From: an uncultured Bdellovibrionales bacterium
GTDB taxonomy: Bacteria; Bdellovibrionota_C; UBA2361; OMII01
Assembly: GCA_964654585.1 (NCBI GenBank)
Contig: CAZZJR010000003.1
Coordinates: forward strand, 4,850-68,849
Length of the DNA stretch: 64,000 bases
Direction of reading: 5' to 3'
Under the pieces are notes generated by a model, which was not told the DNA's origin, ran no database searches, and saw nothing but the letters and a program-made list of their open reading frames with translations. The position numbers and the translations under genes are program-made. Below are positions 38,709 to 47,491 of this stretch, in pieces. Each line of letters begins with the position of its first letter. Positions within the stretch are counted from its first letter, which is position 1.

Positions 38709-39488
38709 TTACTTGCTACGAGGTGCGCGACGCACCACAACTACCTTCGAGCGCCGAACCCGGCGCTCAAGATCCGCAAACACGAGCGCAGCATGCTCGT
38801 GCTTCCGGGATGCCTTCAGGTGCGGATCCCCTTCTCCCTCTTTGAGCTCCTCACGCAGCTCGTGCAACGACATCCGGTGCTGGCGGAAGAACCTCCAGCG
38901 GGTGAAGCCGTACGCGATTACCGCAACGAGCGACAACAGAATGGCAACCCGCACAGCGAGCCCCCAGACCATTGCCCCCAGTAGTCCGAGCATTTGCTGC
39001 CGTTCAACCGCTAGGAGAACACGAGAGTGCATCGCTAGCGCAACGAAGGCGGGCGTCACCGCCAGCACCAATCCGACCAGGCGAACCAACCCCAACGCGC
39101 CCTCCACGAAGCCTTGCTTCACACGGGAAAGGTACGAGCCAGGTCGTAGTCGCTGAAAACCTTGTAACAGAAGCGAGGGGACGATGAGCGCCCGGCTCTG
39201 AGCCAACTCCAGGACTACGGCACTCACAGCAACCGCCCCGATAGCGAGGGCGACAACCCGGAACCCATCAAGCAGCGCCGCTTTAAGCACCAGCTCTGGG
39301 GCCCACAACTCGCAATTCAACCATTGTATCAAGGAACCACCCCTCACCCAAGAAAGAGTTCCCGCTAGACAGAGCGTCGCTCCCCAACATCCGGAAGCAA
39401 GGGCAACCCATTGTGTTTTAACGACTTTTCCCTCCCTCTCAAGCCTACCCAAGCGCCTTGCAGAGGGTGGAAACTGCTTCTCTGACAT
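38709..39488 (-). CDS. FlhB/SctU-family export-gate protein, truncated at the NPTH autocleavage position (N-terminal membrane domain plus linker only)
   Basis: N-terminus SEKQFPPSARRLGRLEREGKVVKTQ matches FlhB (EKTEQPTPKRLEKAREEGQVPRS). Four TM helices, then the linker HELREELKEGEGDPHLK (compare FlhB ...EFKQSEGDPHVKGR). The ORF stops at ...KVVVVRRAPRSK exactly where ...VIVTNPTH is expected. The likely start is ATG at 39488, overlapping the fliR stop (TGATG). Confidence 0.8.
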   Translation of the reverse strand: MSEKQFPPSARRLGRLEREGKVVKTQWVALASGCWGATLCLAGTLSWVRGGSLIQWLNCELWAPELVLKAALLDGFRVVALAIGAVAVSAVVLELAQSRALIVPSLLLQGFQRLRPGSYLSRVKQGFVEGALGLVRLVGLVLAVTPAFVALAMHSRVLLAVERQQMLGLLGAMVWGLAVRVAILLSLVAVIAYGFTRWRFFRQHRMSLHELREELKEGEGDPHLKASRKHEHAALVFADLERRVRRSKVVVVRRAPRSK

Positions 39489-40237
39489 CAGCCCCCCTCC
39501 CCCGACCCCACCAGCCACCCACCGAGAAGGCCGCCCTGTCGTGCCACGGGGAGCGGTGGGAGTCCGCACACCAGGTCGAGCAGCAGCGCCATAAGCACGA
39601 AGGTGAGAACCCCTTTTGCGATCGAACCGCCCTGAGTGAATTGAAGCCCGCGCACTAACCTGCCAGCTGCCGCTACGACGATGTCAACCATGAGGAACCC
39701 CGCCAACCAGAGGCCGGATATCCCAATCGCTCCCGACAGAATAGAAACGCTCCAACGCAAGAGGTCGTGCGCGCTCTGCATCCCACGCCACGGCGCCCCA
39801 AGAGGAAACACCTCATAGCTATTCGCAAGTTCTCTCAAGGTCACCTCAAGCGCTCCGAGGTACACTGCAACGCCAACTGAAGCCGCTCGACAGATAGCCG
39901 CCAGGTCCGATGCTCCTTGACCACCCAGTGGATCGACCACGGCTGAAATAGTTTGACCGCGCGATGTGTCTACTACCTCTCCACACAGCTCAGCAGTGTC
40001 GGAGAGGAGCCTCAATGGACCCGCTAGGAGTGCACCAACCGCAAACTCCCAGACGCACGAGAGCACCGAGAGGTCTTCGGCAACGGCTACTGATCCGAGC
40101 AGCGACCATGCTAATGCAAGGGCCACGAGCAGCCGCGGGACTGGCTGCATCGAGTCTCCGAATGGCAAGCACGCCAAAACACCGAAAGAGCGAGCCGCGA
40201 GCGCACACAAGAGAAGAGTCGTGTGCTCATCGATCAC
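39488..40237 (-). CDS. FliR/SctT-family export-gate protein
   Basis: 249 aa with 6-7 TM helices and a central DTSRGQTISAVVDPL-type loop typical of FliR. ATGA overlap with fliQ. Confidence 0.75.
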   Translation of the reverse strand: MIDEHTTLLLCALAARSFGVLACLPFGDSMQPVPRLLVALALAWSLLGSVAVAEDLSVLSCVWEFAVGALLAGPLRLLSDTAELCGEVVDTSRGQTISAVVDPLGGQGASDLAAICRAASVGVAVYLGALEVTLRELANSYEVFPLGAPWRGMQSAHDLLRWSVSILSGAIGISGLWLAGFLMVDIVVAAAGRLVRGLQFTQGGSIAKGVLTFVLMALLLDLVCGLPPLPVARQGGLLGGWLVGSGEGG

Positions 40238-40497
40238 GGCAACTCCACAGCTGGCTGAGCTATCGACGATACAATCCCGAGAAAAAGCCGCTCAATCTCC
40301 CAAAAGGCCGCCCCTCCACCGAAGAGCAACAGGGCTGCCATGATCGTGATTCTTGCCAGGTGCACGATGCTTTGCTCTTGGACCTGGAGCATCGCCTGAA
40401 CGAGTGAAACCGCACCTGCCCCAAGCGCGATCGCAACGAGGGGAACGAAAGAAAGAATAGCGGCCACAAAGAGCCCGTGCTCCACTGCCGTCTCCAT
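40234..40497 (-). CDS. FliQ/SctS-family export-gate protein
   Basis: 87-aa two-TM hairpin protein (FVAAILSFVPLVAIALGAGAVSLVQAMLQVQEQSIVHLARI), a textbook FliQ layout. Confidence 0.8.
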   Translation of the reverse strand: METAVEHGLFVAAILSFVPLVAIALGAGAVSLVQAMLQVQEQSIVHLARITIMAALLLFGGGAAFWEIERLFLGIVSSIAQPAVELP

Positions 40498-40506
40498 ACA
40501 CGAATC

Positions 40507-41166
40507 TCACCCGTAGCTTCGCACTAGGCCGTCAGCAAGCAACAGCCAGCCGTCGGTCGAAATGAACAGAAGAATTTTAAGCGGTACGCTTACTACCACA
40601 GGGCTGAGCATCGTGAGCCCCATGCCAACTAGAAGGTTTGAAACGATCAAGTCTACCACGAAGAATGGGATGAGAAGAAAAAAACCCGTCACGAAGGCGC
40701 GCTTGATCTCCGAAAGCACGAAGCTGGCCAACAGTATCGGGAAGCCATCTCCCTGCGGGGCTTCGACCACCGGCACGGTGTGCCTGTTTCTAAGCTCTCG
40801 AAATACGGCGAGCTCTCGCGACCCGCAGTGTTTCTCAAGAAAATCTCGCCAGGGCACAAGGACCGAAGCAGCCTCTGACAGCAAGGCTGGCACCGGCTGA
40901 GCTGCAAGCCTATCGACTCGCACCCCTTTGATACGCTCAGCAGTGCTCTCCAACACTGGCTGCATCACGACGAGCGACATCACCAGCGAAAGCGCCATCA
41001 CCATCGAGGAGCTCGGAGCCTGTTGGGTTCCAAATCCGCTCTTGAGCAACGTGAGCACGATTGAAAACTTGAGGTAACAGGTGCCAACTGATATCAGCAG
41101 TGGCACGAGAGCCACGACTACCGACGCGAGAAGCAGCGACTCAGGGGACGAGAGCTTCATCTTCAT
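40507..41166 (-). CDS. FliP/SctR-family export-gate protein
   Basis: 219 aa. FliP signatures LKSGFGTQQAP and PFFVVDLIVSNLLVGMGLTMLSP. Confidence 0.9.
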   Translation of the reverse strand: MKMKLSSPESLLLASVVVALVPLLISVGTCYLKFSIVLTLLKSGFGTQQAPSSSMVMALSLVMSLVVMQPVLESTAERIKGVRVDRLAAQPVPALLSEAASVLVPWRDFLEKHCGSRELAVFRELRNRHTVPVVEAPQGDGFPILLASFVLSEIKRAFVTGFFLLIPFFVVDLIVSNLLVGMGLTMLSPVVVSVPLKILLFISTDGWLLLADGLVRSYG

Positions 41167-42058
41167 CCCTCCGGCGACTTCGGCGTTGGGCTGCTGGCCA
41201 ACCTGTAGACAGGCTTGCGTTCTCAGGCGCTCCCTTTAACACCGCTACACTCTGTACCTGAACCCCGGCTCGTATCAATTCGCGCACAACTGCCCCACGC
41301 TCTTTCAGAAGCATCGTAAGGAGCTCCGGAAAAGCAGCTCGCAGCACGACCGAGACCCCCTCCGAACCGCGCTGACTCACTGTTAAGCTCACCGGACCGC
41401 CCCCGGTGACATGCGCACAAGCAACTTTCAGCGTATCCCCCTCTGTGTTTTCGCACGGTGCCGCCTGACACACTGCGGTACGGGGTATTCCTGCATCCCC
41501 TTGGGCGCCCGACTCCTCTGGTAAGTGTCTGGGCGAGAGGTTCAATGCTGCTGGTACGCCGGTCCGAGCCCCCTCATCCTGCAAGCCTCTATCGCTGGCA
41601 GAACTATTAAGGCTCTCCGAGACCCCCTCGCTCACCCGCGTTCGCGCGCGTAGAACCCTCTGAGTTAGGAACATTTCAAGGGAGTCTTCGCTCTGACGCG
41701 ACTCCACAGCAGCTATGTCTTTCCGTCGGCACGCAGCCAACATCGCCACGACCTGCTCTCGCACCGACTCAGCTTTTTGGGTGGCACGGCTCTGCTTTTT
41801 CAATGCTCCCAGCGCCTGAGCATGCAGCTGCTGAGCCTGACTCAGGGCGCGATGCGCACTCAGCGGCCTATCGATACCGCCGATGTGTCCAGAGCCCGAG
41901 GCAACCCGGGCAATCTCGCTCCAGAGCACCCCCTCCGCTCGCTGCACCTGCTCTCGGCGGGTCACCTCTGCTCTATGGATAGAGCAGAGCCGAGCCTCCT
42001 CTCTCCGGCACTGAAGCTCAACACACGCTCTCTTCGCTGCTAGGAGGGCACGTTCCAT
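41141..42058 (-). CDS. Putative FliJ(SctO)-like coiled-coil protein fused to, or followed by, a FliK/SctP-like T3S4 (Flg_hook) C-terminal domain. Gene model is uncertain
   Basis: ORF 41141..42271. The first 71 codons are G/R-rich and likely non-coding, so ATG at 42058 (MERALLAAKRACVELQ...) is preferred. Residues about 70-215 are coiled-coil with FliJ-like charge patterning. The C-terminus PVSLTVSQRGSEGVSVVLRAAFPELLTMLLKERGAVVRELIRAGVQVQSVAV resembles the FliK/SctP substrate-specificity-switch domain pattern. An alternative-frame ORF (42067..42372) ends 9 nt upstream of this ATG. Confidence 0.45.
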   Translation of the reverse strand: MERALLAAKRACVELQCRREEARLCSIHRAEVTRREQVQRAEGVLWSEIARVASGSGHIGGIDRPLSAHRALSQAQQLHAQALGALKKQSRATQKAESVREQVVAMLAACRRKDIAAVESRQSEDSLEMFLTQRVLRARTRVSEGVSESLNSSASDRGLQDEGARTGVPAALNLSPRHLPEESGAQGDAGIPRTAVCQAAPCENTEGDTLKVACAHVTGGGPVSLTVSQRGSEGVSVVLRAAFPELLTMLLKERGAVVRELIRAGVQVQSVAVLKGAPENASLSTGWPAAQRRSRRRDEDEALVP

Positions 42059-42559
42059 CTCGACGCTCACTGCGGCTGCTGAAGCTTTCTCACCGAAGCT
42101 ACCCCGCTCTCGGCTACTTTTGAGACGAGCTCGACCTGAACCTGATGCCGGCACACGTCCATCTGGAGCTTGATCATCTCGCTGAGCTGCTTCAATCGAA
42201 GGTCCGCACCGGCGCCCGCTCTTGGGGATCTGTTCGCCCCGCTCAGCGCCTGTTCGAACACCTCCCCCCAACCTGAACCGCTGTTCGCCCCTACAACGGA
42301 CGAAACTGCCTCAGGAACTGCAACCGCTGCTCCCCCCCCTGTTACCCTCATGTTTCTCCTCCTACGAGCCAAGGCGCGCCTAGTGGTACCCCCGATCGGT
42401 GTGACGGCCCGACCTACTGATGAAGTTCGCGGCTCAAGGCCTAAAAGTTTCGGGCTCCGTTCACGCCCTTTTGCCAGTTGGAAAATCCCTTTCCTGGTGA
42501 CTGGTTAGGGGGTAAGAAGAAGGTGTCTTCGCGAGCCTGCGCCGCGGACAAATAAAGCC

Positions 42560-44011
42560 ATGAGCAGATTCATCGACCCAGCCCTGAACAGAAAAATCAT
42601 CTCGTTTGGGTCAAACGTCTTCGCCGACCTCGAAGAGACCGAGGAATCTCCCCTCAGCATGCGCTACTGGAACTCCCAGCTCATGCGTTGGTCGATGTCT
42701 GTGCCCGATTTTAAAGTCAGCCTCTTCCGCCTCGTCGACGTTCTTCCAACTCTGAAGAGCCCCGAGGCGGTGGGCGAGCATGTGCGGCTGTACCTTACGG
42801 AAGCTGCAGGCCGGCTCCACCCCTCGATGGCCTGGCTCGTTGGACTCTCAGACAGCGCTATCGGAAGGTTTGCTACCTCGCTCCTGGTCACTCGCGGTGT
42901 CCGCCAGATGGCGAGCCTCTTTATCGCTGGCGCTGGCCCCAAAGAGGCGCTGAAGCCGCTTCGCCGCTTGCGACGCAACGGGTACTGCTTCACGGTCGAC
43001 CTGCTGGGTGAATTCTGCGTGTGTGAAGATGAGGCTTGTGAGTACCAAGAGAGGTACATCGACGCGCTCAATACCTTCGGTGATGAGGTGCCCTCGTGGA
43101 AGGAAGCTGCTCCGCTCGTCGCAGGGCACCCGGGAGAGCTTAGCCCAGTGTGCATTTCGGTCAAGCTGTCCGCGCTCTACTCCCAAACCAGCTCTCTCAA
43201 CTTCAGACGTAGTGTCGACGTTCTCTCTGAGCGGTTGTCGGAGATCGCTCGCGTTGCACAACGCAGAGGAGCCCTGATGTACGTCGATGCAGAGGACTCG
43301 GGCAACAACCCGATTATCTACGAGTCGTTCAAGCGTGTATTCTCTTCCCCAGAGTTCGCCTCCATTCCCTATCCGGGCATAGTCATCCAAGCCTATGCGA
43401 AAAGTGCTGAGGCCCGCGTACACGAGATGCTCGACTTCGCTCGCACTCGGGGTGCGCCGATAGCGATACGGCTCGTTAAGGGCGCCTACTGGGACCTCGA
43501 ACGAGTCTTGAGCGCCCAGAACGACTGGGAGTTTCCTCTCTGGAGCCAGAAAGAGAGCTCCGACGCCTGCTTCGAGCACCTCTCGCGAATCCTGCTAGAC
43601 AATACGGAGCACTGCTTGCCGGCTTTTGGCTCCCACAACATTCGATCGCTCTCGCACGCGTGCTGCTACGCAGAGCATCGAGGACTTACTCCGAAGGATT
43701 TCGAGATTCAGGTGCTGTACGGGATGGCGGAGCCGATCGCGCACGCCTTCCAGACACGCGGCTACCTGACCAGGATGTACGTACCACTCGGAGACCTCCT
43801 TCCCGGGATGGGATACCTCGTGCGGCGCTTGCTTGAGAACACGTCGAACGAGTCATTCCTGCGCCACACGTTCTTTGATGCTGAGGAGGTCTCGATACTC
43901 CTCAGGGAGCCCCGGTACTCGGAGCCGCACGACTTAACGCAAGACACAAATACTCCCGCTCCTGCCGTCGAGCCGCAGGGTGACGGAGTCGTCATGCACC
44001 TTGACTACTGA
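42560..44011 (+). CDS. Proline dehydrogenase (monofunctional PutA-like)
   Basis: 483 aa with a FAD-dependent PRODH barrel (LVKGAYWD, ...VRRLLEN). Followed by a P5C dehydrogenase gene. Confidence 0.85.
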   Translation: MSRFIDPALNRKIISFGSNVFADLEETEESPLSMRYWNSQLMRWSMSVPDFKVSLFRLVDVLPTLKSPEAVGEHVRLYLTEAAGRLHPSMAWLVGLSDSAIGRFATSLLVTRGVRQMASLFIAGAGPKEALKPLRRLRRNGYCFTVDLLGEFCVCEDEACEYQERYIDALNTFGDEVPSWKEAAPLVAGHPGELSPVCISVKLSALYSQTSSLNFRRSVDVLSERLSEIARVAQRRGALMYVDAEDSGNNPIIYESFKRVFSSPEFASIPYPGIVIQAYAKSAEARVHEMLDFARTRGAPIAIRLVKGAYWDLERVLSAQNDWEFPLWSQKESSDACFEHLSRILLDNTEHCLPAFGSHNIRSLSHACCYAEHRGLTPKDFEIQVLYGMAEPIAHAFQTRGYLTRMYVPLGDLLPGMGYLVRRLLENTSNESFLRHTFFDAEEVSILLREPRYSEPHDLTQDTNTPAPAVEPQGDGVVMHLDY

Positions 44012-44025
44012 TCTGGAGAAGAGCC

Positions 44026-45630
44026 ATGGAAACTATTAGCGCATTCAGGAATCAGCCCCTACGAGACTTCGGCGAGGAAAAAAACAGGGTGGCGATCGAA
44101 TCCGCTCTGACCGAGGTCGAAGCCCTCATCCGCTCCCGCTCCCTCGCCGCCGCGCCGCTCATCTCTGGCTCGAAGCGGAGCGGCTGCGAGATATTCAGCC
44201 GTAAAGATCCGAGCAATCTCAATATCACCGTGGGAACGACTGAATTCGCGTCTGTAGAGCTGGCAGCCGAAGCAATCGAGAGCTGTCGCCGAGGCTTCCC
44301 TGCCTGGCGAGCTACCCCTTTCAGTAAGCGCGCAGCGATTCTTCATGAAGCTGCCTCGATCATGCGCGACAGGTCTGCGTTCCTGACGGCTCTGATTATT
44401 CGCGAGGCCGGGAAACCCTGGAGAGAGGCCGATGCTGATGTCGCCGAGGCGATTGATTTTTGCTCGTACTACGCCGACGAGATTCTTCGGATCAGTCCCG
44501 CCCGAAAAACTCAGGAAGTTCTCGGCGAAGAAAACCTCCTCTTGTACCAGCCGCGCGGCATTGCGGCGGTTATCTCTCCGTGGAATTTCCCTCTAGCGAT
44601 TGCCGCGGGCATGACGGTGGCCGCGCTTGTCGCGGGCAACACGGTAGTGCTCAAGCCCTCGGAGCAAACCGGGCTCATTGCCCAAGAACTGGCCCGAATT
44701 CTCTTCGCTGCGGGCATTCCATCAGACGCCTTGGCGTTTCTCCCAGGTCGCGGGGAAACCGTTGGCAAGCTGCTCGTGGAACACCCGGATACGAGCTTGG
44801 TAGCTTTTACCGGGTCTCGGGCCGTCGGCCTAGAGATCGCGCGCTCAGCGGCTGAAGTCAGGCCAGGGCAACGGGGCTTGAAGCGTGTCATTGCAGAGCT
44901 TGGTGGGAAAAACGCTATTATTGTAGACGATGATGCTGACTTTGATGATGCCGTGCGCGGCGTGCTCCACTCAGCTTTCGGCTTCGCTGGGCAGAAGTGC
45001 TCAGCCTGTTCCCGTTTGATTGTCGTAGGGGACGCGTACGAGCCGTTTCTTGCCAGACTCGCTGCTGCGACCCGAGACGTAATCGTAAGCCGAGCCGAAG
45101 ACCCCTCGGCATTTCTTGGGCCAGTGATAGACGAAGAGAGCCAGTCGCGCATACTCAGCACTGTCTCGGAGGCTCAGGGACAGTGTACGGTCCTTGCACA
45201 AGGTGTCGTGTCCGAAGAGGTTGCTCGCTCCGGCAACTTTGTTCCTCCGACGATCTTCCGCGACGTTTCTACCTCTCACCCGCTCTGGACAGACGAGATC
45301 TTCGGTCCCGTGCTCGCCTGCGCGAAAGCCGAGTCGTTCGAGCAGGCTCTTGAGATGGCTACTGCTTCAGACTATGCCCTAACCGGCGGAGTCTTCTCCC
45401 GACACCCAGGACACATCGCCTTAGCTCGCGAGAATTTTCGGGTCGGGAACCTCTATATAAATCGCGGTATCACCGGAGCGCTCGTAGCTCGCCAGCCGTT
45501 TGGAGGATTCGCCTTCTCCGGAATCGGCTCCAAGGCCGGAGGGCCCGACTACCTGCTTCAATTCCTTGAGCCCCGCGTCGTTACCGAGAACACGATGCGG
45601 CGCGGCTTTACTCCCGACCTCTCAAACTAA
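44026..45630 (+). CDS. 1-pyrroline-5-carboxylate (glutamate-gamma-semialdehyde) dehydrogenase, ALDH superfamily
   Basis: 534 aa. ALDH catalytic Glu/Cys motifs (ELGGKNA, FGFAGQKCSACSR) and its position after PRODH. Confidence 0.85.
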   Translation: METISAFRNQPLRDFGEEKNRVAIESALTEVEALIRSRSLAAAPLISGSKRSGCEIFSRKDPSNLNITVGTTEFASVELAAEAIESCRRGFPAWRATPFSKRAAILHEAASIMRDRSAFLTALIIREAGKPWREADADVAEAIDFCSYYADEILRISPARKTQEVLGEENLLLYQPRGIAAVISPWNFPLAIAAGMTVAALVAGNTVVLKPSEQTGLIAQELARILFAAGIPSDALAFLPGRGETVGKLLVEHPDTSLVAFTGSRAVGLEIARSAAEVRPGQRGLKRVIAELGGKNAIIVDDDADFDDAVRGVLHSAFGFAGQKCSACSRLIVVGDAYEPFLARLAAATRDVIVSRAEDPSAFLGPVIDEESQSRILSTVSEAQGQCTVLAQGVVSEEVARSGNFVPPTIFRDVSTSHPLWTDEIFGPVLACAKAESFEQALEMATASDYALTGGVFSRHPGHIALARENFRVGNLYINRGITGALVARQPFGGFAFSGIGSKAGGPDYLLQFLEPRVVTENTMRRGFTPDLSN

Positions 45631-45689
45631 CGATAGGAGACGCCTCCTTGCAGAACGGCCATTGATAGTAAGGGGGGGGGTATCGAACG

Positions 45690-46625
45690 GTGAACTTTCG
45701 GGCAGCAGCACTAGCTCTAGTATGGTCGGGTGCGCTTGGGTGCTCTACGGGTGCCCTGCCGGCCGTGATGATACCGCTTCAGTATCCAACCCATCCCCAA
45801 GCTGTACCCGCCGTTGCTCGGCTGCTCAGTGACGACCCTGTTCTAGTTGAAGAGGCGAAAGTCGAAGTCCGCTCTCTGGGCGAGGGGGCAACCCCCGAGA
45901 TGCTTAGAGCGATGAGCTCTGCGTCATCTGAGGGGAAGCTTCGGCTACTCGATTCAGCAACCACGATCGGAAAGCCCCCCGCAGTCATCGGCCAGATGTA
46001 CCTGCAGGCCGTGAGCGATCAAAACGAAAAGGTTCGACTAGGTGCCGCGTTTCAGGCTGCCCGGGCGCCTGACCTAGCTGCTCAGACTAGCCCCGCCCTC
46101 GAGCGGCTGCTCGTCGATAGCGTGCCGGAGGTAAAGGCTGCTGCCTTAAAGACACTCGCTTTAGTAGGCGACCGACAGGCCCTCAGCACCCAGAAGCTTG
46201 CTAGTTTCGTGAACGATGGCAACGCACTCATCTGTGCGACGGCTGTATCAATCGCCCTGTCACGTGGCGACTCACTACTTGAGCCCCTGTTGCGGCGGGC
46301 TCTTCCTCGGCTGGTTACTCAGCTCCACAACGCCCAGCCAAACACGCGCGCCGCAGTAATAACGGCGCTAGGAGGGTACGGTGAAGCCGCTGCGCCGACA
46401 GTGCCACCTCTCATCTCGGTAGCACGCACCGACACCGTTCCGGAAGTTCGGATTCAGGCAGCAATCGCTCTTACCCGGATCGGGACCCCTGCCGCTCGCG
46501 AGGCTGCGCACGACACTTTTGTTGAGTTTTCCTCAAGTCCAAACCCTTCGCTGAAGACGATTGCACAGGGATTCCTCAGTCAGAGCAAGAAATCAGCAGA
46601 GCCTCCCGTTGACCTTCGACCATAG
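45690..46625 (+). CDS. Secreted/lipoprotein-like HEAT-repeat protein
   Basis: Signal peptide with GALGC lipobox-like site, then repeated approximately 30-aa units containing EVR/KVR...AA.AL (PBS/HEAT lyase-like repeats). Confidence 0.6.
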   Translation: MNFRAAALALVWSGALGCSTGALPAVMIPLQYPTHPQAVPAVARLLSDDPVLVEEAKVEVRSLGEGATPEMLRAMSSASSEGKLRLLDSATTIGKPPAVIGQMYLQAVSDQNEKVRLGAAFQAARAPDLAAQTSPALERLLVDSVPEVKAAALKTLALVGDRQALSTQKLASFVNDGNALICATAVSIALSRGDSLLEPLLRRALPRLVTQLHNAQPNTRAAVITALGGYGEAAAPTVPPLISVARTDTVPEVRIQAAIALTRIGTPAAREAAHDTFVEFSSSPNPSLKTIAQGFLSQSKKSAEPPVDLRP

Positions 46626-46759
46626 GTCTATCCAGCCTCCGACGTAGCTCTCAGGCAGCACGACAATTCGAACTCCACAACGCGAGGGCATCGAAAACGT
46701 TTTCCTCAGATTCAGCCGCCATTTTTGCCTCCCGAGGCCTAACAGTATATAGTCCCGCG

Positions 46760-47425
46760 ATGCTCGACGTTGTACTCAACACTCACGGTCTAGTGGCCTA
46801 TCTCGCTGTTCTTGCTTGTCTTATGGCAGGGGCTCTCGGCCTTCCGGTGCCGGAGGACCTCGCGCTAATCACCGCCGGCGTTTTGGTGCACCTTGAGAAA
46901 GCTGAATTTTGGTTGATGCTTTCGGTCTGCTACGTAGGGATCATTTCAGGCGACCTGATCATCTTCCGTATCGGCTGGCTGGCCGGTCCCACGCTCTTCA
47001 GGCAGCGTTGGGTCAAGAGATTCATGAACTCCAAGAAGCTGCACTCTATCCGCGTAGGTCTCGAGAAGAAGACCTTCCTCACGATCGTCATCGCCCGACA
47101 CCTGTTTTACCTTCGGACAGCGACCTTCCTCGTTTGCGGCTCGGTGCGAATGTCATTCGTGCGTTTTTTGGTAGCCGACGCAGTTGCCGCATTAATCACG
47201 GCGCCCCTCATGGTGAGCATCGGCTACATCGGAGCGCAGAACTACGACCTCATGCTGCAGTACGTGAAGCAGGCAAAGATAGTCCTCCTCATCGGCGGTA
47301 TCATTACGTTCGCAATTGTAGGTACGTACATCTGGAGGCGCAGACACCACGGCCCCGAGGATGACGATATTGCGGTCGACGAGGTAGTCACAGTGGCGTC
47401 GCAGGCTGACACTAAGCAGCAATGA
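46760..47425 (+). CDS. DedA/SNARE-associated (TVP38) family membrane protein
   Basis: 221 aa with DedA-like topology and motifs (GLPVPEDLALITAG, FRIG). Confidence 0.8.
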   Translation: MLDVVLNTHGLVAYLAVLACLMAGALGLPVPEDLALITAGVLVHLEKAEFWLMLSVCYVGIISGDLIIFRIGWLAGPTLFRQRWVKRFMNSKKLHSIRVGLEKKTFLTIVIARHLFYLRTATFLVCGSVRMSFVRFLVADAVAALITAPLMVSIGYIGAQNYDLMLQYVKQAKIVLLIGGIITFAIVGTYIWRRRHHGPEDDDIAVDEVVTVASQADTKQQ

Positions 47426-47491
47426 CGTTGGTCCGGTGCCGACTACACGAAGATTCTTCTCCTCTCGCTGCCCCAAGAGACCCTGCTGCGC

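Noticed and set aside
42067-42372. Minus-strand 101-aa ORF in an alternative frame upstream of the FliJ/K-like gene
   Set aside because: It has a low-complexity G/A/R-rich N-terminus and no motif. It is kept only as part of the ambiguous gene-model finding, not as a feature.
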